From sequence record SRR20825019_597: 49,210 bases of DNA; one strand, 5' to 3'. Shown here one piece after another: positions 27,672 to 39,457 of this stretch; the stretch's first letter is position 1; the number at the start of each line of letters is the position of its first letter. The position numbers and the translations under genes were made by a program. The notes below the pieces were generated by a model, which was given only the letters and a program-made list of their open reading frames with translations, did no database searches and had not been told where the DNA came from.

Positions 27672-28184
27672 ATGAGTTCTGCTAAACCGCTTTGCTACAG
27701 TTTTCCGCCGATTGTCGGCAGCGAGCCCAGGATTCTGATTCTGGGTTCAATGCCCGGTGTCGCTTCACTGGAAGCCCAGCAGTATTACGCGCATCCGCGT
27801 AATGCCTTCTGGCCGATAATGGCTGACTTGTTTGATCTCGACAAGAACTGGCCCTATCCGCGGCGCTGTGAACATCTGGCGCGGGCAGGTATTACGGTCT
27901 GGGATGTATTAAAAGCCTGTCATCGGCCAGGCAGCCTCGATCAGCACATCGATCCGGCCAGTATTGAAGCCAATGATTTCCAACATTTTTTCATACAACA
28001 CCCGGGGATCGAAGCGGTTTTCTTTAATGGGGGTAAAGCCGAGAAACTATTCAAACGCCATGTTCTGCCAACCGTGGCAGAACCACCAACGCTGGCGAAG
28101 CTCCCATCCACCAGCCCGGCGCATGCCTCACTGAGTTTCAATCAGAAGCTGGAAGCCTGGAGAATAATCAAAGACTATTGTTGA
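27672..28184 (+). CDS. DNA-deoxyinosine glycosylase (UDG superfamily, family 6-like)
   Basis: LILGSMPG..SL..QQYYAHPRNAFW, WDV, GSLD, FFNG and LPSTSPA motifs. Confidence 0.9.
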   Translation: MSSAKPLCYSFPPIVGSEPRILILGSMPGVASLEAQQYYAHPRNAFWPIMADLFDLDKNWPYPRRCEHLARAGITVWDVLKACHRPGSLDQHIDPASIEANDFQHFFIQHPGIEAVFFNGGKAEKLFKRHVLPTVAEPPTLAKLPSTSPAHASLSFNQKLEAWRIIKDYC

Positions 28185-28360
28185 GTCTGCTGCTCGATAG
28201 CCTGGCGCTGACGTTCTGTTCCTTCCAGTAACTGCTGCTCGGCTTCATAGGCTTTGTCCATTGTTTTGAGTTGCTCATCCCACACGGTTTTTTCCGGTGG
28301 CTCCTGATCACAGGCTGTCAGAAACATTGCCGTGAGTATGATCACCCCGTTCTTCAACAT
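28175..28360 (-). CDS. Small lipoprotein
   Basis: Signal with lipobox FLTAC followed by Asp; helical acidic/Gln-rich body; SD-like GCGGGG upstream. Confidence 0.7.
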   Translation of the reverse strand: MLKNGVIILTAMFLTACDQEPPEKTVWDEQLKTMDKAYEAEQQLLEGTERQRQAIEQQTQQ

Positions 28361-28374
28361 GGCGCACCCCGCAA

Positions 28375-28407
28375 ATAAAAAAAGGCAGAGGAATAATCCT
28401 CTGCCTT
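28375..28407 (-). terminator. katG intrinsic terminator
   Basis: AAGGCAGAGGA-N4-TCCTCTGCCTT stem followed by a U-tract on the minus strand. Confidence 0.88.
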
Positions 28408-28461
28408 AGTTTATGCCTTTTAAGCGACGCTAACCTATCGCCGTATAAAACCTCGTGTCAG

Positions 28462-30642
<2,181 letters not shown>

Positions 30643-30752
30643 TCATCTCCTCGTTTTGTAATAAGCGCTGAACGAAATATTGTGTTTGTTTCTGTTACCG
30701 ATTCAAACTAACACAGACTATTTATCGTATTGACGCTTTATTCCACTTCGAA

Positions 30753-30785
30753 CAATCGCTTTAGACGATTGGAAAAACTTTATAG
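30753..30785. promoter_or_regulatory. Putative OxyR/LysR-type binding site upstream of katG
   Basis: CAATCG-N7-CGATTG dyad (ATCG-N7-CGAT, a T-N11-A box close to OxyR ATAG-N7-CTAT) about 115 bp upstream of katG. Confidence 0.5.
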
Positions 30786-30882
30786 CCACTCGAGCATGGA
30801 CTAAAGACCATTAAAAGCACGAAAGTGAAGTTTAAATGAAGGCTGTGGTGTGGACCGCGGGAGGAGATTTGTCAGGTATGAC

Positions 30883-30910
30883 TCGCCAGCCCTTCAGTAA
30901 GGGCTGGCGA
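30883..30910 (-). terminator. Strong hairpin after cysN (terminator or 3' stabiliser)
   Basis: TCGCCAGCCCTT-N4-AAGGGCTGGCGA 12-bp perfect stem 10 nt after the cysN stop; no clear U-tract. Confidence 0.65.
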
Positions 30911-30920
30911 AGCACTTTAT

Positions 30921-32363
30921 TTACTTGAGCAGTTGGCTCAGATCTTTGGCATCCCAGTGCGGGAAGTGTTTGCGGATCAATGCGTTGAGCTCCAGTTCAA
31001 ATGCCGAAAACTCACCTGCGGGCACCGTCTGGTGACTGCCGGAGACGGCATCGGTGATCATACCGGCACCAATCGTGACATTGCTCAGACGGTCGATAAT
31101 GATGAATGAGCCGGTAATGCGGTTGCGTTTGTAGGTATCAAACACAACCGGCTTGTTCAGTGAAAACTCACACAAACCGATTTCATTCAGCTTGAGCTCC
31201 GTGGCGCTGCTTTCCTGCAAAGTATTCACATCAACCTGATGATCGATACCAGTCAGTGAACCCGTACTTTCATTGACCCCGACCTTAATGCTGTATTGTT
31301 TGCCGGCAGTCAGCGGCTGTTCGGTCATCCACACCACCATCGCCTTGAACTGGCTCGATACATGCGGCTGATGATGATTGCTGTGCACAATCATATCGCC
31401 CCGGCTGACATCAATCTCACTGTCCAGCGTGACGGTAATGGCTTCACCCGGCACGGCATGATCGAGGTCGCCGTCATATGTGACCAGCGCCTTGATTTTG
31501 CTTTCCTTACCTGAGGGTAAAACCGTTACGGCATCACCCGGCTTCAGAATACCGGAAGCCAGAGTGCCGCAGTAACCACGGAAGTTCAGGTTGGGACGAT
31601 TCACATACTGAACCGGAAAACGGGCATCCTCGAAATTCGGATCGTCAGCGATATCCACATTCTCGAGAATATTCATCAGCGTCTCGCCCTCGTACCAGGG
31701 CATATTCTCGCTCTTGTTGACGACGTTATCGCCCACCAGCGCTGACAGTGGCACAAAGTGGATATCTTCAATTTCCAGCTCACGGGCGAATGCGCTGTAA
31801 TCCTTGCGGATATCGTCGAACACTTGCTGGCTGTAATCCATCAGGTCCATTTTGTTAATGGCAACCACAATGTGTTTGATACCCAGCAGCGAAGCGATAA
31901 AGCTGTGCCGGCGGGTCTGGGTCTGTACGCCGTAACGTGCATCAATGAGAATAACGGCCAACTGACAGGTAGAGGCACCGGTCGCCATATTGCGGGTGTA
32001 TTGTTCATGGCCCGGTGTATCGGCAATAATGAATTTGCGTTTGGTGGTCGAGAAATAACGATAGGCGACATCGATGGTAATGCCCTGCTCGCGCTCAGCC
32101 TGCAGACCATCTACTAGCAATGCCAGATCCACCTGTTCACCGGTCGTACCCGACTTAACGCTATCCCGGGTCACCGCTTCCAGTTGATCTTCATAGATCA
32201 TCTTGGAGTCATGCAGCAGACGACCAATCAGCGTACTTTTACCGTCATCGACATTGCCGCAGGTCAGAAAGCGCAACAGCTCTTTGTTTTCATGCTGCTT
32301 CAGATAGGCTTCAATATCGGTCGCAATCAAACTATCTGTTTGGTATGAACTATCAGTAGTCAT
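30921..32363 (-). CDS. cysN: Sulfate adenylyltransferase subunit 1
   Basis: [35 protein letters not shown] and NKMD GTPase motifs; no fused APS kinase domain. Confidence 0.97.
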   Translation of the reverse strand: MTTDSSYQTDSLIATDIEAYLKQHENKELLRFLTCGNVDDGKSTLIGRLLHDSKMIYEDQLEAVTRDSVKSGTTGEQVDLALLVDGLQAEREQGITIDVAYRYFSTTKRKFIIADTPGHEQYTRNMATGASTCQLAVILIDARYGVQTQTRRHSFIASLLGIKHIVVAINKMDLMDYSQQVFDDIRKDYSAFARELEIEDIHFVPLSALVGDNVVNKSENMPWYEGETLMNILENVDIADDPNFEDARFPVQYVNRPNLNFRGYCGTLASGILKPGDAVTVLPSGKESKIKALVTYDGDLDHAVPGEAITVTLDSEIDVSRGDMIVHSNHHQPHVSSQFKAMVVWMTEQPLTAGKQYSIKVGVNESTGSLTGIDHQVDVNTLQESSATELKLNEIGLCEFSLNKPVVFDTYKRNRITGSFIIIDRLSNVTIGAGMITDAVSGSHQTVPAGEFSAFELELNALIRKHFPHWDAKDLSQLLK

Positions 32364-33266
32364 CTAGAAGTAGCCCTCTTGTTTTTTCTTCTCCATTGAA
32401 CCGGCCTGGTCATGGTCAATGGCACGGCCCTGACGTTCCGAGGTCGTGGTTAATAACATTTCCTGAATAATTTCCGGCAAGGTGTCGGCATCGGATTTCA
32501 CCGCACCGGTCAGCGGGTAGCAGCCCAGCGTTCTGAAGCGCACTTTTTCCATTCTGATTTCTTCGCCTTCGGGAATACGCATGCGATCATCGTCAACCAT
32601 GATCGTCAGGCCGTTATAGTTCACAACCGGCCGTTCTGCTGCATAGTAGAGCGGGACAATCGGGATCTGTTCCAGATAGATGTATTGCCAGATATCCAGC
32701 TCAGTCCAGTTGGACAGTGGGAAGACACGGATGCTTTCGCCTTTGTTAACCTTGCTGTTATAGATATTCCACAATTCCGGACGCTGCGCTTTCGGATCCC
32801 AGCGGTGATTTTTATCACGGAAGGAATACACCCGTTCTTTAGCTCTGGATTTTTCCTCGTCACGGCGTGCACCACCAAAAGCCGCATCAAAACCGTATTT
32901 GCTCAGTGCTTCTTTGAGCGCATCGGTTTTCATGATGTCGGTGTAGCGTGGATGGTCAAAAGGATTGATGCCCGCTTCCTTACCTTCCTGATTGGTGTGA
33001 ACGATCAGCTCCAGGCCATGCTTTTTGGCCATATTGTCGCGGAACTTGATCATATCCTTGAACTTCCAGGTGGTATCGATATGCATCAACGGGAAAGGGA
33101 GCTTGCCAGGGGCAAATGCTTTCATTGCCAGGTGCAGCATCACGGCCGAGTCTTTACCGATGGAATAGAGCATCACCGGATTTTCAAACTCGGCAGCCAC
33201 TTCACGAATGATGTGGATGCTTTCCGCCTCCAGTTGTTTGAGATGGGTTAGTTTTTTTTCAGTCAT
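32364..33266 (-). CDS. cysD: Sulfate adenylyltransferase subunit 2
   Basis: [43 protein letters not shown] and KKQEGYF motifs. Confidence 0.98.
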   Translation of the reverse strand: MTEKKLTHLKQLEAESIHIIREVAAEFENPVMLYSIGKDSAVMLHLAMKAFAPGKLPFPLMHIDTTWKFKDMIKFRDNMAKKHGLELIVHTNQEGKEAGINPFDHPRYTDIMKTDALKEALSKYGFDAAFGGARRDEEKSRAKERVYSFRDKNHRWDPKAQRPELWNIYNSKVNKGESIRVFPLSNWTELDIWQYIYLEQIPIVPLYYAAERPVVNYNGLTIMVDDDRMRIPEGEEIRMEKVRFRTLGCYPLTGAVKSDADTLPEIIQEMLLTTTSERQGRAIDHDQAGSMEKKKQEGYF

Positions 33267-33278
33267 TATCGTTCTCTG

Positions 33279-33977
33279 TTATTTCGATTTGACGTGTAAG
33301 CCACATTCTTTTGTTTCGGGGTTTTCCCACCACCAGCGTCCGGCCCGGATATCTTCACCGGCAGTAATCGCCCGGGTGCAGGGTGCGCAGCCGATACTGG
33401 CATAACCTTCGTCATGCAACTTGTTATAAGGCACATCAAAGGCGCGGATATAAGCCCAGACATTGCCGTTGGACCAGTCGGTCAGCGGACTGAATTTCTG
33501 CAGGCCATGGTCTTCATCCCACTCTGACACCGGCAGTTCAGCACGCGTTACCGATTGCGAACGGCGCATACCGGTGAGCCAGGCTTTTTTATCAGTCAGG
33601 GCGCGGTTGAGCGGCTGGACCTTACGAATACCACAGCATTGTTTGCGCATTTCGACACTGTCATAAAAGGCATTGGGGCCGTTGCTGGTGACAAAAGTCT
33701 CAATCTGGCCGGCATCCGGAAAATAGATCTGAACGTCCTTGTTGTAATGTGTCTTCACCGCCTGCATCAGCTCATAGGTTTCTTTGGGCAGGCGTCCGGT
33801 ATCCAGCGTGAATATCTCAATACCCGGTGCATGCTTGCAGATCAGATCCATCAGCACCATATCCTCGGCACCGAAACTGGTCGCCAGCACAGCAGGGCTG
33901 TAGTCCTGTTCGATTTCTTTAAGTACCTCGATCGCGGCTTCAATTTTGGCAGCGAGGGCAGGTTTGATATCAGTCAT
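33279..33977 (-). CDS. cysH: Adenylyl-sulfate (APS) reductase, 4Fe-4S type
   Basis: SFGAED, LDTGRL, CC..RK and SIGCAPC cluster ligands, RAGRWWWE, ECGLH. Confidence 0.95.
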   Translation of the reverse strand: MTDIKPALAAKIEAAIEVLKEIEQDYSPAVLATSFGAEDMVLMDLICKHAPGIEIFTLDTGRLPKETYELMQAVKTHYNKDVQIYFPDAGQIETFVTSNGPNAFYDSVEMRKQCCGIRKVQPLNRALTDKKAWLTGMRRSQSVTRAELPVSEWDEDHGLQKFSPLTDWSNGNVWAYIRAFDVPYNKLHDEGYASIGCAPCTRAITAGEDIRAGRWWWENPETKECGLHVKSK

Positions 33978-34207
33978 CGTTTTTTTCTCACACGAATAGT
34001 TGTAGTCAGTACCGCTTCGGCTATGACCTCACATTGCTGGCCATCCTGGCGCAGACTTTTCAATACTTCAGTGACCGCATCACCATTATTGACCCATAGC
34101 TCGATATTCTCTTCGAGCCCGATTTTACTGATGGCTTCGCGGGCCTTGATGTAATGCATGGGACAGCCATAATGGGTCAGATCTATTGGACCGATCACAA
34201 CAGACAT
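33974..34207 (-). CDS. TusA/SirA-family sulfur carrier protein
   Basis: 77 aa, IDLTHYGCPMHYIK (DxxxxxCP motif), terminal beta strand IRVRK; overlaps tauE and cysH. Confidence 0.8.
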   Translation of the reverse strand: MSVVIGPIDLTHYGCPMHYIKAREAISKIGLEENIELWVNNGDAVTEVLKSLRQDGQQCEVIAEAVLTTTIRVRKKR

Positions 34208-34995
34208 TTTATGCCTACCAGGACCAGAATAACGGCCAGCAAGGGTCGCATAACCTGATCCGAGATTCGAACACCGAGATGGCTGCCAATCAAAATGCCG
34301 GGCAAAGAGCCAGCCAGCAAATATAATAACAATGACCAGTCCACCGTGCCCACGGCCGAGTGACCCAGCCCGGCCACAAAGGTCAGCGGCACCGCATGGG
34401 CAATATCGGTCGCGACAATTTCGACCCCTTTCATTCTGGGGTAAAGAAACAGCAGAATCACTGCACCCAGCGCACCGGCCCCCACCGATGAAATCGTGAC
34501 CATAATGCCCAGACCGGCGCCGGTTGCCACGGTGAATACGGCTTTGTGGCCCTCATCCTGTCTTAGTTTGTACAGGGCGTTAACCACAGGGTGTCCTTCC
34601 TGCGCCCTTAACAGCCGACCAATCCAGCCTTTTAACAGCAAAGCACTGGAAGTCAGAATCAAAGCCACACCCAGGGCCTTGGTAATGATCTCGCTGTGCT
34701 CGCCTTCATGCATGCCGGTCTGGTTCATCACCCACAGCGTCAATAACGTCGCCGGAATACTGCCAGCTGCCAGCGTCCAGACCACTTTCCACTTCACAAC
34801 GCCATGCCGCCAATAAGCCCAGATTCCACCGGACTTGGTAATCGCGGCGAATAACAGATCCGTGCCCACAGCAATCGCTGGCTGAATGGAAAAGCCGAAG
34901 ATCAGGATCGGGGTCATGAGCGATCCGCCGCCCACGCCGGTCATGCCGACCATAATGCCGACAAACAAACCCGCCAGTATAAAACCCCATTCCAT
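34195..34995 (-). CDS. TauE/SafE-family sulfur-oxyanion transporter
   Basis: GMTGVGGGSLMTP, AVGTDL, SSVGAGALG and TDIAHAVPL motifs; about 8 TM segments. Confidence 0.92.
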   Translation of the reverse strand: MEWGFILAGLFVGIMVGMTGVGGGSLMTPILIFGFSIQPAIAVGTDLLFAAITKSGGIWAYWRHGVVKWKVVWTLAAGSIPATLLTLWVMNQTGMHEGEHSEIITKALGVALILTSSALLLKGWIGRLLRAQEGHPVVNALYKLRQDEGHKAVFTVATGAGLGIMVTISSVGAGALGAVILLFLYPRMKGVEIVATDIAHAVPLTFVAGLGHSAVGTVDWSLLLYLLAGSLPGILIGSHLGVRISDQVMRPLLAVILVLVGIKCLL

Positions 34996-35101
34996 AAAGG
35001 TCTTCGCCTTGTGTGTTTCAAAGAGCTGACAAGTTTACCAAAGCGTAATATTCTATCAATGAATATTATCTACTATCGTTATAACGAAAAGATATAAAGC
35101 T

Positions 35102-36022
35102 ATGAAGATACAACAACTCAAATATGTGCGCGAGATTGCCAGACGAGGTTTGAGTATTTCCGCCGCCGCCAATGCATTGCACGCTTCCCAGCCGGGAGTC
35201 AGCAATCAAGTTCAACAACTGGAAGAGGAACTGGGGCTGCTCATCTTCGAGCGCCACGGCAAGCGTTTGACAGGGCTCACCCCCGTTGGCAAGTCGGTCA
35301 TCGAAATGGCAGAACGGGTGCTACAGGATGTCGACAATATCCGCCAGTTGGCTGCAGATTGCAGGAGCGATCAGACCGGCACACTGTCTATTGGCACTAC
35401 CCATACTCAGGCCCGCTATGCATTACCCTCGGCAATCAAACAGTTTTCCGAACGTTATCCCAATGTACACCTGAATATGGTGCAGGGCACGCCGCCGGAA
35501 GTGGCGGAAATGGCGGCGACCGGTCGGGTCGATATTGCTATCGCCACCGAGGGTCTGGCCCAGTTCGAACAACTGGCCATTCTGCCCTGTTATCAATGGA
35601 ACCGCTGTGTGGTAGTGCCCCCCGGGCATCCCCTGCTCGACGTAGACAAGCTCAGCCTGGAAGCAATTGCTGACTATCCGATTCTGACTTATGTGATGGG
35701 CTTTACCGGCCGCGCTCAGCAGGATCAATCATTTATCGAGAAAGGCCTGCACCCTAATGTGGTGTTTACTGCCACCGATGCCGATGTGATCAAGACCTAT
35801 GTTGAATTGGAGCTGGGCATCGGCATTATCGCCAATATGGCCTTTGATCCGATCAAGGATGCACCGCTTCAGGCCATTGATGCCAGTCACCTTTTCCGGC
35901 CCAGCACCACCCACCTTGGCATCCGTAAAGGTAGTTATCTGCGCGGTTATATGTATGCCTTTATTGAGTATTTTGCTCCACATCTGGATCGGGAAGCAGT
36001 GACTAAGGCGATCGAAATATAG
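35102..36022 (+). CDS. cysB: LysR-family regulator CysB/Cbl
   Basis: HTH LHASQPGVS, TTHTQARYALP, QGTP, IATE, GFTGR, DADVIKTYVELELGIG and LRGYMY.FI motifs. Confidence 0.92.
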   Translation: MKIQQLKYVREIARRGLSISAAANALHASQPGVSNQVQQLEEELGLLIFERHGKRLTGLTPVGKSVIEMAERVLQDVDNIRQLAADCRSDQTGTLSIGTTHTQARYALPSAIKQFSERYPNVHLNMVQGTPPEVAEMAATGRVDIAIATEGLAQFEQLAILPCYQWNRCVVVPPGHPLLDVDKLSLEAIADYPILTYVMGFTGRAQQDQSFIEKGLHPNVVFTATDADVIKTYVELELGIGIIANMAFDPIKDAPLQAIDASHLFRPSTTHLGIRKGSYLRGYMYAFIEYFAPHLDREAVTKAIEI

Positions 36023-36117
36023 GACTAATTCACATTGTGGCCCGGGTAAAAAGCTGCTAATTTTCCGAGCTGCTGCTTGCAGCAATAAATACAATAATCG
36101 AAATATTAGGACTAATC

Positions 36118-36687
36118 ATGAAGCAATTACTCAAAGGCCTGTTGCTGAGTCTGGCTCTATTGCCGGCGCTGGCATTTTCACACGGTGCTCCACGTATTAC
36201 CGTTGAAGAAAGCATTGTCATTAATGCCGACCCGGCTACGGTCTGGAATGCAGTCAAAGACTTCGACAACGCACACAGCTGGATTCCGGTTGTGAAAGCT
36301 ACTGAAGCCAAAGGCGGTAATGAAAAAGGCGCAACCCGTACCCTGACGCTGGAAAATGGCGCCACTATCTCTGAACAACTGGACAAGTTTGATGAAGAGA
36401 GAATGACCTACCAATACGAAATCACCGATATCAGCAAAGCCGGTGAAATTGACGACCACGGTGAAATGCATGCAGTCCCGGCTTTACCGGTCAGCAAATA
36501 TAAATCCTGGGTCACGGTCAAAGCGGTTGATGGCGGTAGTAAAGTGAGCTGGAAAGGTAAATTCTTCCGTGCTTACCATGGTAATCATCATCCACCTAAA
36601 GAACTGGACGATGATGCGGCGAAAAATGCCGTTACTGGTCTGTACACCAGCACGCTGGAAAATCTGAAAGCCAGCCTGGAAAAATAA
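36118..36687 (+). CDS. Periplasmic SRPBCC protein, MxaD-like
   Basis: Signal peptide ending AFS|HG, INADPATVW..VKDF, GATRTLTL, LPVSKY, WKGKFFRAY and DDDAA..AVTGLY motifs resembling MxaD-type proteins of methylotrophs. Confidence 0.75.
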   Translation: MKQLLKGLLLSLALLPALAFSHGAPRITVEESIVINADPATVWNAVKDFDNAHSWIPVVKATEAKGGNEKGATRTLTLENGATISEQLDKFDEERMTYQYEITDISKAGEIDDHGEMHAVPALPVSKYKSWVTVKAVDGGSKVSWKGKFFRAYHGNHHPPKELDDDAAKNAVTGLYTSTLENLKASLEK

Positions 36688-36707
36688 GCGCTGTCGACTT
36701 TCGTGAT

Positions 36708-36737
36708 AAAGGCACCCTCGGGTGCCTTTTTGTTTTT
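36708..36737 (+). terminator. Intrinsic terminator after the SRPBCC gene
   Basis: AAAGGCACCC-TC-GGGTGCCTTT followed by TTGTTTTT. Confidence 0.9.
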
Positions 36738-36779
36738 GCCGGCTTATAATGATGCTGTGTTCACTGCGTGCGAATCCTT

Positions 36780-37094
36780 ATGAATAATAGCCTGCACAGT
36801 ATCCATCAACTTCTCAATGAAATTGAGACCAAACTGCATGAGGACGATCAGCATTTGCTGACAGACCTGCGGCAGGAGCTCGACAAGGTGATGCTTCATG
36901 CCTCAGAAGAAAGTACGCATCCCGCAACCCCACACCGTGACAAAGCCAGTGGCTGTTATCGATTCGGCGATGACCCGGATTATTACTGCCCGCATTGTTT
37001 TGATAATCTGCAACAGAAAATTTCTACCCAACGACTGAACAGGCAGCGACGTGTCTGCCCTCAATGCCGTTCGAGTCTGAGACCACTTCAGTAG
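36780..37094 (+). CDS. Hypothetical protein with C-terminal zinc ribbon
   Basis: Helical N-terminus, then CPHC...CPQC; TATAAT at 36745-36750 upstream. Confidence 0.65.
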   Translation: MNNSLHSIHQLLNEIETKLHEDDQHLLTDLRQELDKVMLHASEESTHPATPHRDKASGCYRFGDDPDYYCPHCFDNLQQKISTQRLNRQRRVCPQCRSSLRPLQ

Positions 37095-37175
37095 CTTTTG
37101 CAGGCTAGTAAAAGCCTGACCAATCCCCTAAAATGGGCACATCCATAAGGATATGCTTTCACTCAAATAACGGAC

Positions 37176-37268
37176 TATTGCCTCGGGGTGGCCCTGCGCC
37201 TGAGATATCTCGTAAGAGAGAACCCGATGAACCTGATCCAGATAATACTGGCGTAGGGACAGGCTGAT
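37176..37268 (+). promoter_or_regulatory. TPP riboswitch (THI element)
   Basis: CGGGGUG...CUGAGA...ACCCG.UGAACCUGAUCCAGAUAAUACUGGCGUAGGGA consensus; P1 GCCU/AGGC; upstream of a thiamine uptake-type operon. Confidence 0.95.
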
Positions 37269-37339
37269 TCACGACTCTCTTCCTGACATGGTCGGTCTCT
37301 GTTTTGCTGTCTTCTACGCTTTATTCCATGAGGATAGCT

Positions 37340-39406
37340 ATGAAACGTTCCCCCCTTGCTCTGGCCTGTGCCAGCGCCAGCGCCATCTTGTCTCTTCCGT
37401 CATGGGCAGAGATAACACCTGCCGATCTGCCATCCATGATTGTCAGCGCCGATTTTCGTCCCAATGAAGCCCAGGAAACGCCGGTCAGTCTCACTACGAT
37501 TGATAATGAAGTGATCGAATCACGCGGGGCCCAGCATCTGGAAGATGTGCTGAATCTGGCACCCAACGTCAATGTTTCCAGCGGTGCAGCCCGCGGCCAG
37601 TATTTCCAGATACGGGGTATCGGTGAACGCAGCCAGTTCTCCGCACCAATCAACCCGTCAGTGGGCTTACTGATTGATGGCATTGATTTCAGCCGTACCG
37701 GTGGTGCCGCCACCCTGTTTGACATTGAGTCTGTTGAAATTCTGCGCGGGCCACAGGGCACCAAATTCGGCACCAACGCACTGGCGGGTGTGATCAATAT
37801 GAAAAGCACCGAGCCTAGCAATGAACTGGATATGCATTTTGAAACCGGTATTGCTGAATATAACACCCGAAATGTCGGTGTCGCGGTAGGCGGGCCGCTG
37901 GTCAAAGACACATTGTTGGGGCGCTTCTCGGTCTACAGTCATCAATCTGATGGCTATATGGATAACGAGTTCCTGGGGAAAGATGATGTTCAGGACCACA
38001 ATGAAATTACTGCCCGCGGTCATCTGAAATGGCTGGTAAACCAAGATCTCACTGTCGATCTGAACCTGCTGCATCTGGATATCGATAATGGCTACGATGC
38101 ATTTACCCTCGATAACAGTCGTGACAGCTTGTCTGATATGCCCGGTGAGGACAGCCAGAATACAGACGCAATTGCGCTTAAAACAGATTATAGAGCCAGC
38201 AGCGCGCTTCAGCTTCAATCCAGTCTGACTTATATGCAGTCGGATTTAACCTATAGCTATGACGCAGATTGGACATATCCAGGATTCCATCCTGATGCTT
38301 ACGCAGCGACTGAAGAGTTCAACCGGGAGCGAGAAAATTATTCTGTAGAATTGAAAGCACTCTCCAATGAAGATGGCTGGATTTTTAACGATACGACCGA
38401 GTGGGCGATCGGTGTTTACTTTCTTTCACAGGATGAAGAACTGGATTTAAACTCGGACTTCGGTAATCTTGATAATGATTACGAAACCAGAAACGCTGCC
38501 CTGTTCGGCCAGTTAGATACCCATCTGACCGATAAGCTGACCTTAATTACCGGTTTACGTGTCGAACATTTCGAAGCCGATTATAAAGATTCCAATGCTC
38601 TGGATATTGATACCAGTGAGCGTCTGTTCGGTGGCAAGTTAGGTCTCAACTATCAGGTTAATGACGATCACATGACCTATACCTCGCTGTCGCGTGGCTA
38701 TAAATCTGGTGGTGTCAATAACAATGATGCGCTGCCAGATAATAAGCGTGAGTTTGACACCGAGTACATGTGGAGTCTGGAAGCCGGCCTCAAATCGCGC
38801 TGGCTTGATGGCGATCTCATCACCAATATTGCTGCTTTTTATTCACTGCGCCGTGATGCCCAGGTTAAAAGCTCCGTATTTGTCGGTGGTGGCGAATTTG
38901 AAGACTCTATCGCTAATGCAGCTCGAGGCAAAAACTATGGACTGGAAGCCGATTTTGACTGGCTGATGAGTCAGGACTTTCGCCTGTTTGGTGCAGTCGG
39001 ACTTCTGCGCGCCGTGTTCGATGAATATGAAAACCCGGACATCACCAGCAATGATATTGAAGGTCGTCGTCAGGCTCATGCCCCCAATTACCAGTTCACA
39101 CTGGGAGGGGAATATTATCTGACTCCGAACCTGACTCTGCGGGCCAATATCGAAGGCAAGGATGACTTTTATTTTTCCAATAGTCACAACTCCAAATCAG
39201 GGTCTTATGTCATCTATAACGCCAGCCTGGCTTATCAGAAGGACAACTGGAAAGTCACATTATGGGGTCGTAACCTGTTTGATAAGGATTACTACACCCG
39301 AGGCTTTTTCTTCGGTAATGATCCTAGAATTGGTTACGCTAACCGCACTTATAAACAATTCGGCGACCCCCGTGTGGTCGGCCTGACGGTCAGTTACGAT
39401 TATTAA
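37340..39406 (+). CDS. TonB-dependent receptor, probable thiamine/thiamine-precursor transporter
   Basis: Signal peptide, plug (IRGIG, VEILRGPQGT.FG.NALAGVIN), beta-barrel ending aromatic SYDY; TPP riboswitch upstream; GAGGA SD before ATG 37340. Confidence 0.9.
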   Translation: MKRSPLALACASASAILSLPSWAEITPADLPSMIVSADFRPNEAQETPVSLTTIDNEVIESRGAQHLEDVLNLAPNVNVSSGAARGQYFQIRGIGERSQFSAPINPSVGLLIDGIDFSRTGGAATLFDIESVEILRGPQGTKFGTNALAGVINMKSTEPSNELDMHFETGIAEYNTRNVGVAVGGPLVKDTLLGRFSVYSHQSDGYMDNEFLGKDDVQDHNEITARGHLKWLVNQDLTVDLNLLHLDIDNGYDAFTLDNSRDSLSDMPGEDSQNTDAIALKTDYRASSALQLQSSLTYMQSDLTYSYDADWTYPGFHPDAYAATEEFNRERENYSVELKALSNEDGWIFNDTTEWAIGVYFLSQDEELDLNSDFGNLDNDYETRNAALFGQLDTHLTDKLTLITGLRVEHFEADYKDSNALDIDTSERLFGGKLGLNYQVNDDHMTYTSLSRGYKSGGVNNNDALPDNKREFDTEYMWSLEAGLKSRWLDGDLITNIAAFYSLRRDAQVKSSVFVGGGEFEDSIANAARGKNYGLEADFDWLMSQDFRLFGAVGLLRAVFDEYENPDITSNDIEGRRQAHAPNYQFTLGGEYYLTPNLTLRANIEGKDDFYFSNSHNSKSGSYVIYNASLAYQKDNWKVTLWGRNLFDKDYYTRGFFFGNDPRIGYANRTYKQFGDPRVVGLTVSYDY

Positions 39407-39416
39407 TTCACAGCTT

Positions 39417-39442
39417 GAGGGCTCATTTGAGCCCTCCTTTTT
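39417..39442 (+). terminator. Terminator-like hairpin between the receptor and ykoF-like gene
   Basis: GAGGGCTCA-TT-TGAGCCCTC followed by CTTTTT. Confidence 0.7.
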
Positions 39443-39457
39443 CAATAAGGAGTTGTT

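Noticed and set aside
37094..37118. Two mutually exclusive short stems (GCTTTT/AAAAGC and CAGGCT/AGCCTG) upstream of the TPP riboswitch
   Set aside because: Only 6 bp each with no U-tract; compatible with chance
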